Source: Lama guanicoe (Eukaryota). Taken from it: a DNA stretch of 64,000 bases. Positions 62,432-64,000 of the stretch are shown here, piece after piece; the first letter of the stretch is position 1, and each line of letters opens with the position of its first letter. The DNA lies in assembly GCA_013239625.1 (NCBI GenBank), contig MU054575.1, positions 4,071,298-4,135,297 of the forward strand. The letters are read 5' to 3'. The position numbers and the translations under genes were made by a program. The notes below the pieces were generated by a model. The model was given only the letters and a program-made list of their open reading frames with translations, made no database searches and was not told where the DNA came from.

Positions 62432-62558
62432 GGGGGGTGGTGCACAGTTTAGCAGTAGAGTGTGTACTGAGCATGCATGAGGTCCTGGGTTCAATCCCCA
62501 GTACCTCTGTAAATAAATAAATGAATAAATAAATAAAACCTAATTCCACCCCCCAAAA
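62432..62558 (+). mobile_element. Camelid tRNA-derived SINE (vic-1-like)
   Basis: AGCATGCATGAGGTCCTGGGTTCAATCCCCAGTACCTC; TSD acccttcagtga/ccccttcaatga. Confidence 0.82.
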
Positions 62559-62569
62559 TAACCCCTTCA

Positions 62570-63030
62570 ATGACCAGAAAAACATATGTATGTGCACCAA
62601 AGACAGAGACTACAAGTGCCTGTCACCACTGGAACAGGTACAGGCATGGTGGTATCGTCACAATGGCACACCACGCAGCGGAGAAAAGAGCCACCATCAT
62701 CCGCAACAGGTGGAAGAATCTCATTTGTAACACTGAGCGAAAGAACCCAGCCACAAAAGAACACATGCTGGATGATTCCATTTACAGAAAGTTCAAAAAC
62801 CAGGCAGAACTGTTCTCTGCTGTTAGCAGTCAGCCTGGCAGTTACCAGGGGGCTGGTGACGGGCAGGGGCCCAAGGAGGATTCTGGGATACTTCTCATGT
62901 TCTGGTTTTTATTACAGTACTGGTCCTCCCGGCTCTGTTCACTTTGTGAAAATTTGTGGCACTGTGGTCTTATGATTTGCACACTTTTCTACATGTGTGC
63001 CATGCTTCAATACAATTTATGAAAACAAAA
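62570..63030 (+). mobile_element. Old L1M 3' fragment
   Basis: GAAGAATCTCA..ACACTGAGCGAAAGAACCCAG..TGATTCCATTTACAGAAAGTTCAAAAAC..GTTCACTTTGTGAAAATT. Confidence 0.7.
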
Positions 63031-64000
63031 ACACCTTGTGTGGCTGCCCACCGCGCTGGAATAAAAGCCAGACTCCTTTCTGTGGTCTACAAGGGCCTAC
63101 TGGGCCTCTCGGACCTGCCATCCTCATCTTCACCCACCGAGGTCCTGCCTCTCGACCTTCTGGTGTGCCTGACACCTGCCAAGCTATTTTCCACCTCAGG
63201 GACTCTCACTGGTCTCTCTGCCTGGAAAGCACTTTCCCTGCTCTTGCCAAGACTGCATACTCCATTCTCTTCACATCACTGTCAAGAAGTCACCTCTTCA
63301 GAGAGACCCTTCTGACCACCCCACCTAGAGTCCTCCACCCACAGTATGCTGTTTATTTCCTGCGGAACACCAGGCATAATCTGCAGTCATTTTATTTGTT
63401 TATGGTTCATTTTCTGCATCTACTACTAGATTAATAACCACAAGCACATGGCACACTTACTATGTGCCACGTGCTCTTCTAACATCGTATTGAGGCATTG
63501 AATCCTCACCCTAGCCCCATGGGGCGATACTATTCTTAGCCCTATTTTTACAGTTGAGGCAACTGGGGCTCAGAGAGGTTATATAACTTGCTCATGGTCA
63601 CACAGCTGGAAAGCAGCAGAGTCAGGGTTTCACCCCAGGAGCCTGGCTCCAGAGTCCTTTTAATTCTGCACTTTGAAACATCTGTTTTCTTTCCTATAGT
63701 GTATCTGGGAGAGTCCATGGCACTTAGTAGGTACTCAATAAAGGTGTGAATGATGTTTTTCTCCAGCCATGAGCTCTCTGGCCCTCCCAGTGAAATCCTG
63801 CCAGGCCCTCTGGCCTCTCCACCCACTTCCTCGCACTCCCAACCCCAAGGTCCAGCGCCCTCCTTGTCAGCAAGAGAGGCAGGAGCCACCGGACACATTT
63901 GTATTTAGTTTTTTCTGGTCTCACACAGGGAGGGATGTTAGAAAGATCAGAACACTAGACACGAAGGGATTCAAACCGTGAAGCCACAACAGCTGGGACC

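Noticed and set aside
1-64000. CRISPR arrays, operons or other prokaryotic systems
   Set aside because: The sequence is clearly mammalian with spliced genes; no spaced direct-repeat array was seen.

Overview
Mammalian genomic DNA, very probably camelid (alpaca/camel), judged from seven copies of a tRNA-derived SINE matching the vic-1-type family. The window is the minus-strand SYT12 - RHOD - KDM2A block, syntenic with human 11q13. It contains: the complete SYT12 gene (non-coding exon 1 plus 7 coding exons, 421 aa); the complete RHOD gene (5 exons, 210 aa); a CpG island with a non-coding first exon at the left end, assigned to KDM2A by synteny only; and a full-length PEBP1 (RKIP) processed pseudogene with poly(A) remnant and 11-bp target-site duplications. 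The rest is largely interspersed repeats (SINE, MIR, L2, L1, ERVL/MaLR LTRs, hAT MITEs) and four assembly gaps. I found no clearly new biological system. The best leads are: (1) the PEBP1 retrocopy, where three disabling mutations together give a 209-aa ORF covering most of the PEBP domain, and the lost start codon doubles as a good splice acceptor; (2) unusual residues in both RHOD switch regions; (3) a bipartite CTCF motif in the RHOD 3' UTR; (4) a twice-occurring AP-1/CLEAR 14-mer. Exon coordinates were derived by hand. Repeat family names and comparisons to human proteins are from memory, not from a search.
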